A DNA stretch of 64,000 bases, taken from the NCBI RefSeq assembly GCF_008831285.2, contig NC_045138.2:31372001-31436000 (forward strand), written 5' to 3'. The DNA is from Nymphaea colorata. Taxonomy: Eukaryota. Position numbers and translations under genes: made by a program. Positions 12,816-25,960 of the stretch are shown in pieces; the first letter of the stretch is position 1, and each line of letters opens with the position of its first letter. The notes beneath the pieces were generated by a model that was given only the letters and a program-made list of their open reading frames with translations, ran no database searches and was not told the DNA's origin.

Positions 12816-14490
12816 TTTTCATATATTTAGAGCAAAATGAACTTAGCATATGGTTTCATTTCTGCCTTCGTTCCCTACTCATTTCTCCATGTAGCTAGCA
12901 ATAATCCACACACACACGGAGTTCACTTAATTTAAAACCAAGACCTCAGTAAAGATCAAAAGGGGAAGTTAGGGTTCAAGTATTGATTCTTATTTGAAAA
13001 GGCTGCAAAGTAAAAGTAAAATTTTCCCCTTTCAGTTGACAAAAGTATTATCCAACGGATCTTCTACCACATTTTACGGCTGCCGATTGGGAAGTACTTA
13101 GTTCAGTTGCATGCAGTGCAGACTTTAGTACCAGCAACGAATGGCTTCAATTGATTGTTTCTTTCTTTTAATATTGGGCACTTCTTATAACTCTGATTTC
13201 CCTTTCATGGTGGGTATTGGAACCTAATTTCACTGTGGGCAAGATCACCATAAAGGAGCTCCTTATTGCTCCACATCCATCTCTTCCATCAATATTTGGA
13301 GAGTATATCTTCGAAAATATTTCACATCACGTCATCACCTCTTGATTTGTTCCATAGTCGCACATATTGTCAACGGCTTTTAGACAGTGAGGTTCTTGTC
13401 AGGTATTTTTTTTGGGTAAAGTTGAAAATCTCGAGAAAAATTTGAAAAAAAATCAGCATTTTTTTAAATAAAAAATAGCAAAAACTAAAATAAATGAAAC
13501 AAAAAAATATAACAATAACTCGATAATACCATAAAAATGATGTTTTAATGAAGATAGAAATGAAAATTTAACTTAAGCTTTAAACTTAGCCAAAATGACA
13601 TAAAAACAGTGGCATAGCCACATTGTGAATGGTGTGGTCAGTTGTATGCACCAGTCTCTTAAAAGTTCTTTATTTTTAAATGAAAATTTATTTTTTATAT
13701 ATATAAGTGTCCCACTAGATTTGAGTATTTTTAAACAAGTGTTCTTCCAGCGAATTTTTCTGACTCAGTTATTACCTAAAAACAATGTGATTAAAAAGCA
13801 AAAAAAAACAAGAAAAATTCATTATGGAGTTTTTTTAAATGAAGCTAAAGAATACGTGTTTTTTTTTTTCATTTTTATGGGGTCTTATTCGAAAACACGG
13901 ATTTGAACTTTGATCATATGAGTCACATACTTGCACAAGAATGATTACTTACCTGAAGTTTTTTCCGCATCCACTGCTCGAATCTCGAGGCGGATGCCGG
14001 CCACTTCGACATTGTTGGGTGGAAGCGAGAGTTCCATCCACCTGGCCGGGAGGTTGAACTTAAAAAGGCGACTTACGACATCTTTAAGTTGAAAATCCAG
14101 ACTTCACCTCATAGACTGATGCTAACCCTATCTTTACTATCAAAAGGAATTGGGGAGGGCCCTACTTAATTTGTTTCTACTTTTTGCTTCGAAGGAACTT
14201 TAAACTCAAGATCACAGAAAGAAGGCAGCAAAAACGAATTTCATCTTAGCTGTTCCAGAAAAGTTATTGCCTTCTTGTGGCTTAAAAGAAAAGTAGGAAA
14301 GATATCAGAAAAGACAATGGAGTGCAACCCCATTGCACAATTTTTTTGTGCAATTAAAACTTTATAATATAAATCAGCAATTTCTTTAGATGTTTTGTTT
14401 TCAAGAGTCTAACCATAATGATATGATGTATGGAAATTTACAATCTAATTGGTATTCTAGAAGTTGTAATGCATGTCTATGCCAAGAATG
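12816..14490. repeat. Copy A of a diverged direct duplication (blocks about 12816-13320 and 13938-14490, split by MITE insertions)
   Basis: Colinear similarity by eye to 24520-25960, for example aagacctcagtaaaga, aaaaggctgcaaagta, ctaccacattttacggc, aatggcttcaattgattgtttctttcttt, gagttccatcc..cctggc..gaggttgaactta, cctacttaatttgttt, gtaggaaagatatcagaaaaga and ggagtgcaaccc. Confidence 0.88.
13353..13900. mobile_element. Family B-related MITE with a nested family A MITE (about 13607-13772), interrupting duplication copy A
   Basis: Starts catagtcgcacat with an A-rich body like family B. Internal cagtggcatagccaca...tggtgtggtcagttg is a family A terminus. Confidence 0.55.
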
Positions 14491-15089
14491 GATCAGTTTC
14501 AAGTACTATAGGGACCTCATTTGACCCAAGGGGTTTGGCGTAGCTGGTTCGACCGGAAACTGATAGAACTCAGTCTCTGGCCAGATTATGTGTGCGTTGT
14601 CTCCATGCGCAAATTACTAAAACAGTCCTACACCCTCACTGGAGCTATAGAGATTTATTCATATGATTGTCCTTCAAAGGCTCCCAAAAAAAAAAATAAC
14701 ACTTCAAAGTTTGAACTCACATGTGATTACACTAGTACCGCACCAAACCCATGCAATTCCAGACAACCAAGGGTTCAATTCAATAAGTCACTGGCATTAG
14801 TATGTACTTACAACCAAAGACGCAAGGAATTAACTAAGAAGCAGGGAAATTAGCTTATTGAAGGATAAGGAGATTCTTTTGGGCTTTCACTCATAATTTT
14901 CGGAAAAAAGACCACTTTTACTATATTTTAGCCAAACCCACACTTTTTATAAAAAAATTATCAAATAATGGCCAGCTGAAGTGAACCATCTTTAACCTGA
15001 GAAACGGGAAAAAAAAAGGGTTAACAAAAAATCGCATCCAACGTTCCTATGTCTTTCAAGTTAAGAGAACTTCAAAGTAGTAGCAGTTC

Positions 15090-15263
15090 TAGCGGAGCTA
15101 GATGTAAGCAGATGTGGGCAGTTGCCACACAAGCCCTAGAAAAACTCTTTACTTTCATATTGATATTTTTAACAAATTGCTCATTTGCACATAACACTGC
15201 CCTTTAAGGTATGAGGGTTTTCCAATTAGTGCCTCTCAGTCCAAAATTCCCGGCTCCGCTATT
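15090..15263. mobile_element. Family A MITE copy
   Basis: tagcggagcta...gtgggcagttgccacac...cggctccgcta, with inverted termini. Confidence 0.65.
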
Positions 15264-18005
15264 ACTCCACATTGTGGTGTTTTTTGATGATTTTCATACA
15301 AAGCATGGTCTCTTATTAAAAAAATCACTTTTTTTTTTGGATTGAAAATAAAGTAGGCAAAAAAATAATATTTCTTTTCAAGAGTCGCTATCATGCTTTT
15401 GGTGCTTTATTCTTCTAGGCTGCCAAATAGTAGCAAACGAGACACTTGAGTTGAACAATGTATTATAGGTCCACCTAAGCTCTGGTTTAACCTACGGAAT
15501 TTTTTGCCAAAGAAGTTTTTACTAAATAAGCAATAAGCATACATGAAAATGGGAAGGTTTTGCCATTAACACGTTTTTGGGCATTAAATACCCTAGCCAG
15601 TCTAGACTACTAGTTAGGACATATAATCACAGCTTTCGTATATGATTCTCTTCAGTTACCGCCGATATGCGACCTTCAAACCTGTTTTGAAACTCAGAAA
15701 AATCAGGAAAAAGCATCGCATGCCTATCTTTGATGAAAGCAAAAGTTGAACATTTGATTTTCTATTTCTTGGTGGGCTCGTGAAAGTCTCGTCGTCAGTT
15801 CGACTCCTGTAGATGTTACTCCCTTAAACTGCAAAAGGTAGATGCACTACACTTCAATTGACTGGTGTCCCGCCGCTTCCCACCCACGTCCCGAACCATA
15901 TGTAAACCTTGAGGGTGAGAAAAAGGGGAACCTCTCATCGAATTACTAAAGTTATATTGATTTGACACCGAATGATCTTTTCACATCCTCGTTCTGTTGG
16001 GACTTCTCTTATTATGCCTTTGCCCATCCCTCATGCATGGTACTGGAGAAAAACTTAAGTTTTAGACCAAAAAATATTTTGGCAAGAAAAAATGAGATCA
16101 ATACCGCATAGACTTGGAAGAAGAGCCTCCAGTAGTGTAATTGCTTTTTTGGCTTGTGGCCGACCTGATAAAGTGTGAAGACTGGTTAAAAGTATAACCA
16201 ACAAGAGAAGCAATTAGACAACAAAATAGTACTTTAGATTAATCGTGGCAAGTTCCATCTTTTTGAATATTTTTGGTGTCACGCTGCCAAGTTAGATTGA
16301 ACGTAGATGTTTTGAAATTCAAAGCTGGTTGGCGACCTTGACAAGCATGAAACTTGCGATACCAATAGCTTATATAACATTACTAAATAAATGGGGCCTG
16401 GAATATTTGCACTTGGCCTCACTCAAAACTCTTGGCCCACTTGCACCCAAAGTTATTTTTTGTCTGTTGACCATAAAGATCCAGATATGAGATCTCAATA
16501 CAGATTCACTCGTGAAAATTGGAGAAAAACTAGAGAAATATATTCTTGGCCTCCACGGATTGCGAAGATGTTGGTTAAATGAAAGATTCACATTTGTTTG
16601 ATTATGGAGCCATATTGGTGCATGACTAATTAAACAAATCCTATTTGTTGTTTATAACACGAGGAAAGCAAACCTTGGATCACATGAGACTTAGTATTTA
16701 AGCCCATGCCTACTTTGGCTTGTGGAGATGCTACTATTTCTCTACTTATTTCTGTCTATCTTCTACAATCTCGATCTCTCATTGATTAGAGATATGCATG
16801 GCCCCCAGTTTTGCCTGTTCAAAACGAAGCTGCGGTATTAGCTATCAAATAGATACGCATTCGCGACCAAGTCTAACCATTTATTTCATGTGAGGTAGAT
16901 GTTAACAACCCACTACCTGAAAAAGAGGCCCGATGGCCTCCTCATTCCCCCTGCCTCGGGAATCCTGTGCTGCATCGGCTTTAGTCCAACCATTTGTCAG
17001 TTATTGACTATATAACTTGATTTCATCTCTAGTTCCCACTGGGTTATCTTTTGACTCTTCATGAATTGGCGTTTTCATATATAACTGTATGCTTGTGACA
17101 TTTTCAAGCTTTGATATTGTGGGTTTGTTTTGAAGGTCAACTATCCAGATTTTTGTGGTTGACCACCGAAACCCGAAAGATTTTCCCGCCAATAATTGTT
17201 GACTATGCTTGACCCAGATCATGGTGGGCCAAGTTAGATGAGGTTGACAATCTTTGACTAAGATCCTGGTGGACATACTCATCAACCATATATGTGTCCC
17301 TATTGATATTTCAGTGGGCCTTCCTATTGGCTTGTGGTCTTCTTATCTATCATGAACTTGGATAGCCCAGGTAGAAAACAAAGAGATCTTAGAATATGGG
17401 CATTTATATGCAGTCTACTAATTTTAGTGTCAATTTGGGAAATTAAATATATATGGATGTTAGCATGATGTATTTAATGTTTGCTTCAACATATCACGAA
17501 ATAAAGATTTTGAGGGATCATGAGTAACTCGAATCCAACTTACTATAATCTTATAAACTTTAATCAACGTAGTAAAGTTCTGAAGTTGTTAAAGAAAAAA
17601 GAATGTGAAGGGCGCCAATTTGTTGAAGACACAAGATCAACTCCCAAACTTTCCATATATCTTGTTGCTGAGCTTTTCCATGGTATTGTCCTCTTGATCT
17701 AACTGGTGTACTGGTCCAGGCTTGCTCTTATCATTTAAAAAAAAAAGTTTTTGTATTTTAATTTTGTAAAATAAAGGTCAAAGTTTGGAAATAAGCACAA
17801 CTTTATGATGTCATATGCAATTGTGAAGTAAAATGCACAAACATACATGCTAAAACAATTTGGTACTTGTTAAAAGCCAGACATTCAAGGACTCTGTAAT
17901 AAACAACCTTCAACATTCTAATGATAGATATACCATCATGTGTCTCGTACAAGAACGTTCACATTAATGTATGGAACAAGATTTTGCTAGAGATTTCTTA
18001 GACAT

Positions 18006-18405
18006 AAGGCTGCACAAGGGCAAATCCAGTTCAAGCTCGACTCGGCTCAAAAAACTCGAGCTCGTGCTCGGTCGAATTTGAGTCAAGCTCCATAGAACAG
18101 GCTCGAGCTCGACTTGACTATACAGCATTGAGCTTGACTCGCTTAACTCATTTAACTCATTTCCATTAACCGGTCTTGTTTCTTTTAGTTTTTTTAACTC
18201 GTCGACTCATTTAACTAATTCAACTATGATGAACCTGTTTTAAGCAGTAGAGTTGAGCTGAATTTAAACGAGTTGAGTTCTTACAACTTAAACTCCACTC
18301 ATTTAACATTTCAAGTATAAATTTAAACTCGAGCTTGACTCATTGAGTTCAAGTCGAGTTTTCACAAATGAGTTTGAGTCTAGCCCGAGTTGGGTGCACT
18401 CATTG
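18006..18405. mobile_element. MITE family C copy
   Basis: taaggctgcaca...aagctcgactcggctc...aactcgagcttgactc...; homologous to 12467-12815. Confidence 0.65.
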
Positions 18406-19623
18406 TGAAAGTAGGGATCCTGGTAGAAACATAATGTGTGAAAACAAGTTAACTTTCAATTTACTATAGAACTAGTGAATACTTACAGTTAGTTACTTCC
18501 ATTTATAGTTCTCTGCAACAGGCTCAAGCTAGCGTTTCTACATGTAGGCTTAGGGTGTAATGATCAACACCAACGCAACAGCCAGATCAAAATCTTTTCT
18601 TCTGGTTCAAGCATATTCCATGATGCTTAGCTTGTGTTACACATCGAACCCTAAACAGAAAGCAGAATTCTGCCGTAGCAGCATTTTAACCCACAGACTC
18701 AATTTTTTAGTACAATCTTTTCCTCATTTCAAGGATAACTAATAATAACAAGAGCCTTCATAATCGGAGAAAAGCCTATAGTTTTCTAGGGAAGCCAAAC
18801 AGCAGGCTAAACAAGAAAGGTTCCTAGGGCATCCACAAATCTTTTCAGGCCTCCTCCCCTTTTGTTTCTTTGCAGGAACGTGAGCTCTTTTGAGAAAGAT
18901 TGAAGATCACGAAAAATAGAGGTGGGTGGTTAGCGCTAGACAACAAACCCTAGCATATGAGGTATATACCAAGGATATTACTCCTAAAATAGACCAACTT
19001 TACTTATTGCTTATTCGAAATTTCTAGGAACCACTGGAATTGCTCCCAGTTGGGGAGTTTTAGTTGGTGGACTACCATGCAGCGTATGGCTGATAGGCAC
19101 CTCGGGTCAATGTGTGTAGGGTCTGTTTTTAGATTGAATCATGGCTTTTGTGGGCATTGATCTTTTGCTTTCTCATGGAGGAGAGAGAAAAAAGCTTGGG
19201 GGAGAGAGAGAGAGTGCACCACTCTTAAACCCTAAAATGCTCTCAAAAAGTTTGTGGGTAGGACCCAGTTCGGGTCGGTACGAAAGTGGGATGGGTCCCA
19301 TCATGGGGTGTGAGCCCTACGATTGAGTGGATCCAGGTCCCATGCTGGTGGGCTAGGGTTTGAGTGGTGAAACCACTAAAGCCAAAAGATGTGAATATAT
19401 TTTTCTCTCCCTTGGTTGGGGTTGGGGAGCACGCTACAATGCTGTAAGCTGCAGGACCATGGACATGGCGACCAACTTTTGGATGGGCTTCAGGTCAAGG
19501 CCGCCGCAGTAGTGTTTGACTGCTGCCGGCCTGAGGATCGAGGTTGGATCCTTGTTTGAGGCCCAATATATTGATGTTTTGGTCTCATGTAAAGAAATTT
19601 TGGATCTCAATTTGGAAACTAAA

Positions 19624-19885
19624 GGAGGTGTTTGACGGCCTTGGATTTGAGATCTTAAGATTTGAAAACCGCGGATTTAATATCAAACATTTCCCCCTCT
19701 AATCTTAAAGTCGATATTTTCTCAATGCAAACAGATGAAATAAGAATATTAAGTGCAGGTATTGAGTCTGACATAGGATCCTTAGTTTGATGAACCATCG
19801 ATTCTACCATGGATCTTTTTCTACATAGCGAAAGTATGCAACATCAGATCTGTGGATTTCAAATTTGGAGTAATCAAACACCCCC
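19624..19885. mobile_element. Tourist/PIF-Harbinger-like MITE
   Basis: TIRs ggaggtgtttga / tcaaacaccccc, flanked by (t)aaa / taa. Confidence 0.55.
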
Positions 19886-21599
19886 TAAATGAGCTTCAAA
19901 TCAAAGACCCATATGGATTGAAGGATCCAGGGCCTTCAAATGCCATGCAAGCATGTTTTGACTGGGAATGTGGACCGCTGTCTAGGGTTAGGTCTGCTGA
20001 AAAAAACCAGTTCATGTAAAGCCTTGAATGACAGGTCCGTCCTCTATTGTTTGCTGTAAATTGACTAAGTATTTTCTAGCTAGTTAGATGGTCTTCCCTC
20101 TTCCTCCTTCCTCTTTTAAGTGGTAGATTCCTTCGAGATATTTAAAGTAGCCACGGACTTGACCTCACAAGATGTTCAAGAAGGCCACGAATTCAATGTT
20201 ATGCAATGTACTTATCTTAACAGCATGCATCCAATAAGCATTTCACACTCACATACACATAAAGGGAAGAGAGAGAGAGAGAGAGAGAGAGAGTTTCTCA
20301 AGTTGGACAGTTTGCCTCTTTGTGATTTAATATTATAATGTGAAGATTTAGCTTGTCTCCTCCATCCTTTAATTTGAGAAAGATGTTCCAAGTACAAGTT
20401 CCGCGAATATAAAAATACCACCCTGCAACTATATGTATCGGACATCCATCATGCTACTGTTTACATTTAATCTGCATGGTTGTTTAGAAGAAAAAGAGGT
20501 TTCAGAACATTGTTTGTAAGAACAAGAAAGGATTTTTGTGTCTCCAAAATCTTTTCCATCCATTCTTTTCCTCTTTTTTGTTTTGAAAGAATAATGCCTT
20601 CTGTTTGTAACCTCTTTCGGAGACGGCAAAAGTCTGGAAAAAAAAAAACTCTCAGCTTCTCATCAAGACACCTTTGGCATATATATATATATATATCAAA
20701 GATGGTTCAATCCTGCCAAATCGCTGAGATTTCTGAAGGGCCAAAATTTAGGAAATTTTCCTCTAGAATGGTCATTATAGTGACATTAGTAACGGCTTAT
20801 GAAGTTGGGATATTTTATGATATGGCTTCAAGGATGAATGTTCATAGGTTTTTCACCAATGACTTTTTAAATTTTAATCATCTGGCAACTATTCTATATC
20901 GGACAACATTGATCTTCGCACATATGTATGGCGAGAAATGATGAGGATTGAAAACGAATTCAATCCAACCAAACACATCTAAGAGCAACGGACGTAAAGC
21001 ATACAACAGATCAGAAGCAGAAATGGTGTGTCAAAGTAGAGATAAGATAAGGGTGACAAGAAGCCTTAACGATGGATGTAACATCCGTCAAGAGATTGAA
21101 AAGGAAAACTTGAAAATTATGCCCCTGTCTTTTAAAGAAAACATTATTTTTCATCATCCAAATATACCATCAGAAACGAATGAAATTCATTCTCAATTCT
21201 AATGAATTGAAACTTATTCGTTTTCATTAATCTGAAAAAACAATTCATTGTCTAAATATACCATACCATAACTCCATATAACTACTATAATGACTATAAC
21301 TTATTGGTAATGAAATTTCTTTAGATAAAAGAATTTTTTCTCTAACATTGCTAAACCCTCCAAAGGAAATGCCATTGAACCTCCCATGGACCAAAGACGA
21401 GGTCAAGCACACCAAGGGTGAAAGATGCTTCCATGATGCATGAAAAGGTTATTGTTCTTCAGCACACTCCTAAAATAAGTGAAAAGAGTTTTCTTCAGCC
21501 TTGTCGCACAAAATACATGGGGGCTTACCAAAGAAAAAGACGAACAAGTTGACTTGGGTTTAAACCTTGAGTGAGACTGTGAGAGTCTCCTGGGCATAT

Positions 21600-21925
21600 T
21601 ATGCCGAGTAGGCAGTTAGGCCGAGGCATCGGGCTGGGCCACAGCTCGTAACAGTAGCTCAAACCTGGTCTTAACAGTAACTCAAACCCGGTCCGGCCAC
21701 AGCCTGGTTAAAATAAATAAATAAATATATATATATATAATATAAAATAATATATAAATATAATTAATCGTAATAAAATATATACATTATTAAAATAAAA
21801 AATAATATTAAAAAAACATATCAAGCCAAATCGAGCCCCATCGGGCTGGCTCAATAAGTTATTGGGCCGAACCGGTATGCTTTTTTGAGGCGCGAACACG
21901 GGCCCGATCAATCCAGGTACCGGGT
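21600..21925. mobile_element. MITE with GC-rich ends (gggccg/ggcccg motifs) and an AT-rich core; inverted relative at about 35340-35620
   Basis: GC-rich cgggctgggcc and cggggcccg flanks around an AT-only core. A similar architecture occurs in reverse at 35340-35620. Confidence 0.45.
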
Positions 21926-22136
21926 ACTGGTTCTGATGTTGAGAATTCGAGTTCTTGGTTCACAAAGGATTGGAGGGGAAATTCAGAGTAACAGAGAAAG
22001 AAAAACAAACAAACATAAGGAAAGAGATATTATTGATCTTGGTTATTACAACGGATATGCCTTGTGGCTAAATGGATCCTTCAATTCTACACTTTCCATA
22101 TGGATCTACAAATAAGCTGATTCAGGGTTGAGGGTC

Positions 22137-22690
22137 GGTATGTTGCAGTGCATATATGCATGCAATGCACAGAGTAGTTGTGACTTTGAGGTGGAGCTAC
22201 ATATGGGCTGGTGTGGGCAATTGCCCACACTAGCTCTTCATTGTTTCTTTATTTGTATATTAATATTTTCAAATACTTTTTGTGTTATATACATAGTGCC
22301 CCTCTCAATATAGCAATCTATGAATGAGTATTCTTTCAGAAATTTTTTCTGACTCCACCACTGCTGTGATCTACTTACAAAGTCCAATTGTAGGAGACAA
22401 ATTTGCAAGCTTCTCATAGCTAATCCCCTGCAAAATAAAAGGAAAATGATAAATAACGGCTAGAATGGAAAAGAAGAATGAATGACCACAGGTGGACGGC
22501 CCTGCAAAATAAAAGGGAAATGATAAATAACGGGCATTATATTCCCATGCATGCATATATGCGCTGCAACATACCTTTCAAACCCCTACAAATTCTTTTT
22601 TTTTTTTTGTTTCTTTCAGAAAAGACTAAAAAGAGAAAAGAACAGAATCAACCTTTTAAACTTCCAAAAAAGTTCCTCCTATTCTGAATG
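22137..22690 (-). pseudogene. Orphan, rearranged duplicate of SULTR3;4 exon 2 with flanking intron pieces
   Basis: 22427-22379 is a 49-nt copy of exon 2 (9485-9437), 44/49 identical, reading GISYEKLANLSPTIGL versus [16 protein letters not shown], with tgcag and gtaagt intact. It is followed by intron-1-like sequence and an inverted copy of intron-2 sequence 9260-9412 at about 22547-22685. No other SULTR exons were seen nearby. Confidence 0.85.
22186..22363. mobile_element. Family A MITE inserted next to the orphan exon-2 copy
   Basis: gtggagctacatatgggctggtgtgggcaattgcccacac...gactccaccactg. Flanks ttgtgact / ctgtgatc match the single tctgtgatct site in the source intron at 9421. Confidence 0.72.
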
Positions 22691-23431
22691 AAGAGCTTAT
22701 GAAGCCATGATGGAAAATTAGTGTGTTGAGCCGATATTCAAGGTTATCAAAAGTTGTCTTTAAGGAGCATAGTATAGCTGGTTGTATAGCGACATATATG
22801 TGATATACCAACGGTTCAATTCCCATTGATGCTACTTCCCTATTCAATGAAGGGTGTAATGTGCCCCACCTCCAACACAGTTTAGGACTCCGGAAGCAAA
22901 GGAAACGGGAGGAAGCCTTTGGGCTTTTTTTCGGCGTATGGATTGTTAACCGTTGTTGATTTATGAAGACAATGGATCATGAAAAACACCAACCACCAAT
23001 TACCACTTTGATTGTTTTCTTATATAATGGAAGAAGAAAAGAGAAAATTTTACACAAAACCTGATTTGAACAGCCAAGTTTTTTCTCATAATGCAAGCTA
23101 TATTCATTTTTGCATTCTTAAAGGGCACATCTGAACATGAAAGTAGCCAGTACTTAGCATTTTATAATTTCCATTCAATTGAGCAATAAGTCATATCTAG
23201 ACTGTTACAGATCTATCATAAAACATTCCAAACTATAAACAAGAGGCGGTAGAGAGTATCTAAAACTAATTGTCTAGATATGCCGCTTTTGCTAACCTAT
23301 ATATGTGTGTGTGCGTGTGGTGTGTGTGTGTACATGTTTTGGGGAGAAAGAGACAGAGATGCTAGGGTACTGGTTCTACAGTGCTTCCATCCATGTAGTG
23401 AAATCATAGCTGGAGGTTTTACTATTATAAC

Positions 23432-23478
<47 letters not shown>

Positions 23479-24519
23479 CAAGTTGATTTATTTGGTAGAA
23501 AGAATGTTTTAGATAATGTACATTTAAATATAAAACGTCCATTTTCAAGGCTTAGAAATTGGTACACTATGGGAATGAAAATAAAATGGGTTTTAAGTGA
23601 CCCCATGAAAGCCATTTTGATCTGGCCTCTCACAGTGAATCTAGTAATTCCATATACATGTTTATGTATATGTGTATATATTTAATTGCTGAAATCCTCC
23701 GGCCATCTGTTGCATCGGGCTTCATGTGACCAGAAGTCCCATCATTCCCCCTACCTCCGGGCGTCGATCTCAAATCGAGAGCAGCTCCTTGGGTCATCAG
23801 ATGCCTCCGACTTGGAGGAATCGGTCAACTGGGGGGCTACCCTTAACTTTACTCACCTCTCTCTCTCTCTCTCTCTCTTTAAGACCCTTCCTGACCCTTT
23901 CCTAAAGGGGAGCAGAAGCTTCACGACTAGAATGACTAGAATGAATCAGGAAGTCCTGGACATATTCATCCTGACAGCATCAATGATGACAATGTTGCAC
24001 CGTTCAACTTAAATGTTGCACTCCGGTATCTTAAGAAGCAGAAGCATAGCATCCATAGAAATCAAATTAAAGATCTACCTTCTTACATGCCGCTAACCTG
24101 ACCAGCTACATTATACTCCTAAAAACAATCTTTGAGGCTATTTCATACAATACTAATAAACCGTTCTCGTAATAAACTGTTCTGGTTAGCAACCAGCTCC
24201 AACTTACCCAGAAAAGAAAAGAGACAATCTGCTAAATAATTAAAGATGGTAGCCTAGAAAAGAAGAAAGCCCTAGTTTGCCTGAAATGAAATACATATAT
24301 ATGATGACGAAACGGTTTCCTAAGAAACTATTTGCAAAGTATAAATTCATGTTAGTTCATTTTAATCTTAACTAAGAATATCTTATACGTGTTTCCCCTC
24401 ATTTTAGTGTAAATAAGGATTAAAATTGGCGGATGAAACCGCAAATCTCATTATTCCTCGTAAATGAACTAATTTTTCATGACCATATATAGCTTATCGT
24501 GACCTGCACTCACTTGAAC

Positions 24520-25960
24520 TTTCATATATTTAAGAGCAAAATAAACTTGGCTTATGGTTCATTTCTGCATTTGTTCTCTGGTTCTTTCCCTTTCTAGCTA
24601 GTAATGTGGATGAGTCACACATAGGGAGGTGCACGTGCCCACATATACAACTCATTAAATTAAACTAAGACCTCAGTAAAGAACAAAAAGGGGAGTAAGG
24701 GTTTAGGTATTGATTCTAATTTCAAAAGGCTGCAAAGTACAAATCAAAAATTTCCCCCTTTAGTTGACAAATTATTCAACAGATCTGCTACCACATTTTA
24801 CGGCCATAGATTGGGAAGTACTTCGTTGAGTTGGATGCATCATCATGTGCCTGACTTTAGTATCGGCAATCAATGGCTTCAATTGATTGTTTCTTTCTTT
24901 TTAATATTTGGGTACTTCCTGAATCAACTCTGATTTCACGCTCATGCTGCCTACTGGAACCTAATTTTACTGTGCACAAGATTACCTTCAATCCTGTAAA
25001 GGTGCTCCTTTATAGCTCCCCATTAGTCTCTTCCATCAATATTTTGGGAGTTTATCTTCAAAATTATTCCATATTGTTCACTGGTTTTGATTACATGGGT
25101 ACTCAGCATGGAAATGCACGTGTCAATAAAGGCTTGTTCTTTTGAAGTGGGTCCAGAATGCATGGAAATCAGGGCCGAGCCAGAAAAGTTTGGTTGAAGG
25201 ACACTAACCGGCCTTTAGCTTACTAAAATTGGTGCTTGCCAGATATTGACTTAGATATGGTGTGAGCACCATATGTGGTTGGACCAGGTCTAACTTATTC
25301 ACAATAAAAGTTTTCAATGGTTGGCATGGGCATGCACTGGGCATGCAGAAGCCAGCACCAGTCACACGGTAGCTCCACTACTAACAGAAATGATTACTTA
25401 TCTGGAGTTTTCCCTTTTCTGCGTCCGCTGGTCGAATATGAGAGAGTACTTGCTGGTGACTTGGACATCGTCAACAACCCACTTGGCAACAAGAGTTCCA
25501 TCCGCCTGGCGAGGAGGTTGAACTTAAGAAGCGACTTAAAGACCTTGAAGTTGAAGAAGAAGATCAAGAGTTCATGACCTGATAGGCTAATGCCTAACCC
25601 TATCTTGACTTTCAAAAGGAACTGCGGGGGACCTACTTAATTTGTTTGTATTTCTTTGCTCGGGAAGCAATTTGAAACTGAAGATCACAGAAAGGAGGCA
25701 ACAAAAACGAATTTCATCCCTTAAAGTTGTTGGCTTCTCGTGGCTTGGAAGAAAAGAAGGTAGGAAAGATATCAGAAAAGATTGCATTAGCTTTCTGGTT
25801 GAGGACCAACGGAGTGCAACCCAATTGCACTTGAACTTTAGAAATCAGTAGTTTCTTTAGATATTCTTTTCAAGAATCTAACCATATGTTTGTGATGTGA
25901 TGTATGGACACTTTGCAATCTAACTAATGTTCTCAAATTGGTAGAACTTGTAATGTTTGT
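24520..25960. repeat. Copy B of the diverged direct duplication (blocks about 24520-25065 and 25388-25960)
   Basis: Same shared blocks in the same order and orientation as 12816-14490. Confidence 0.88.

Noticed and set aside
17001..17285. 94-aa minus-strand ORF
   Set aside because: No recognisable homology and no supporting splice or promoter signals.
20480..21202. ORFs of 153 and 84 aa
   Set aside because: Non-ATG starts, AT-rich composition, no recognisable motif or splice structure.
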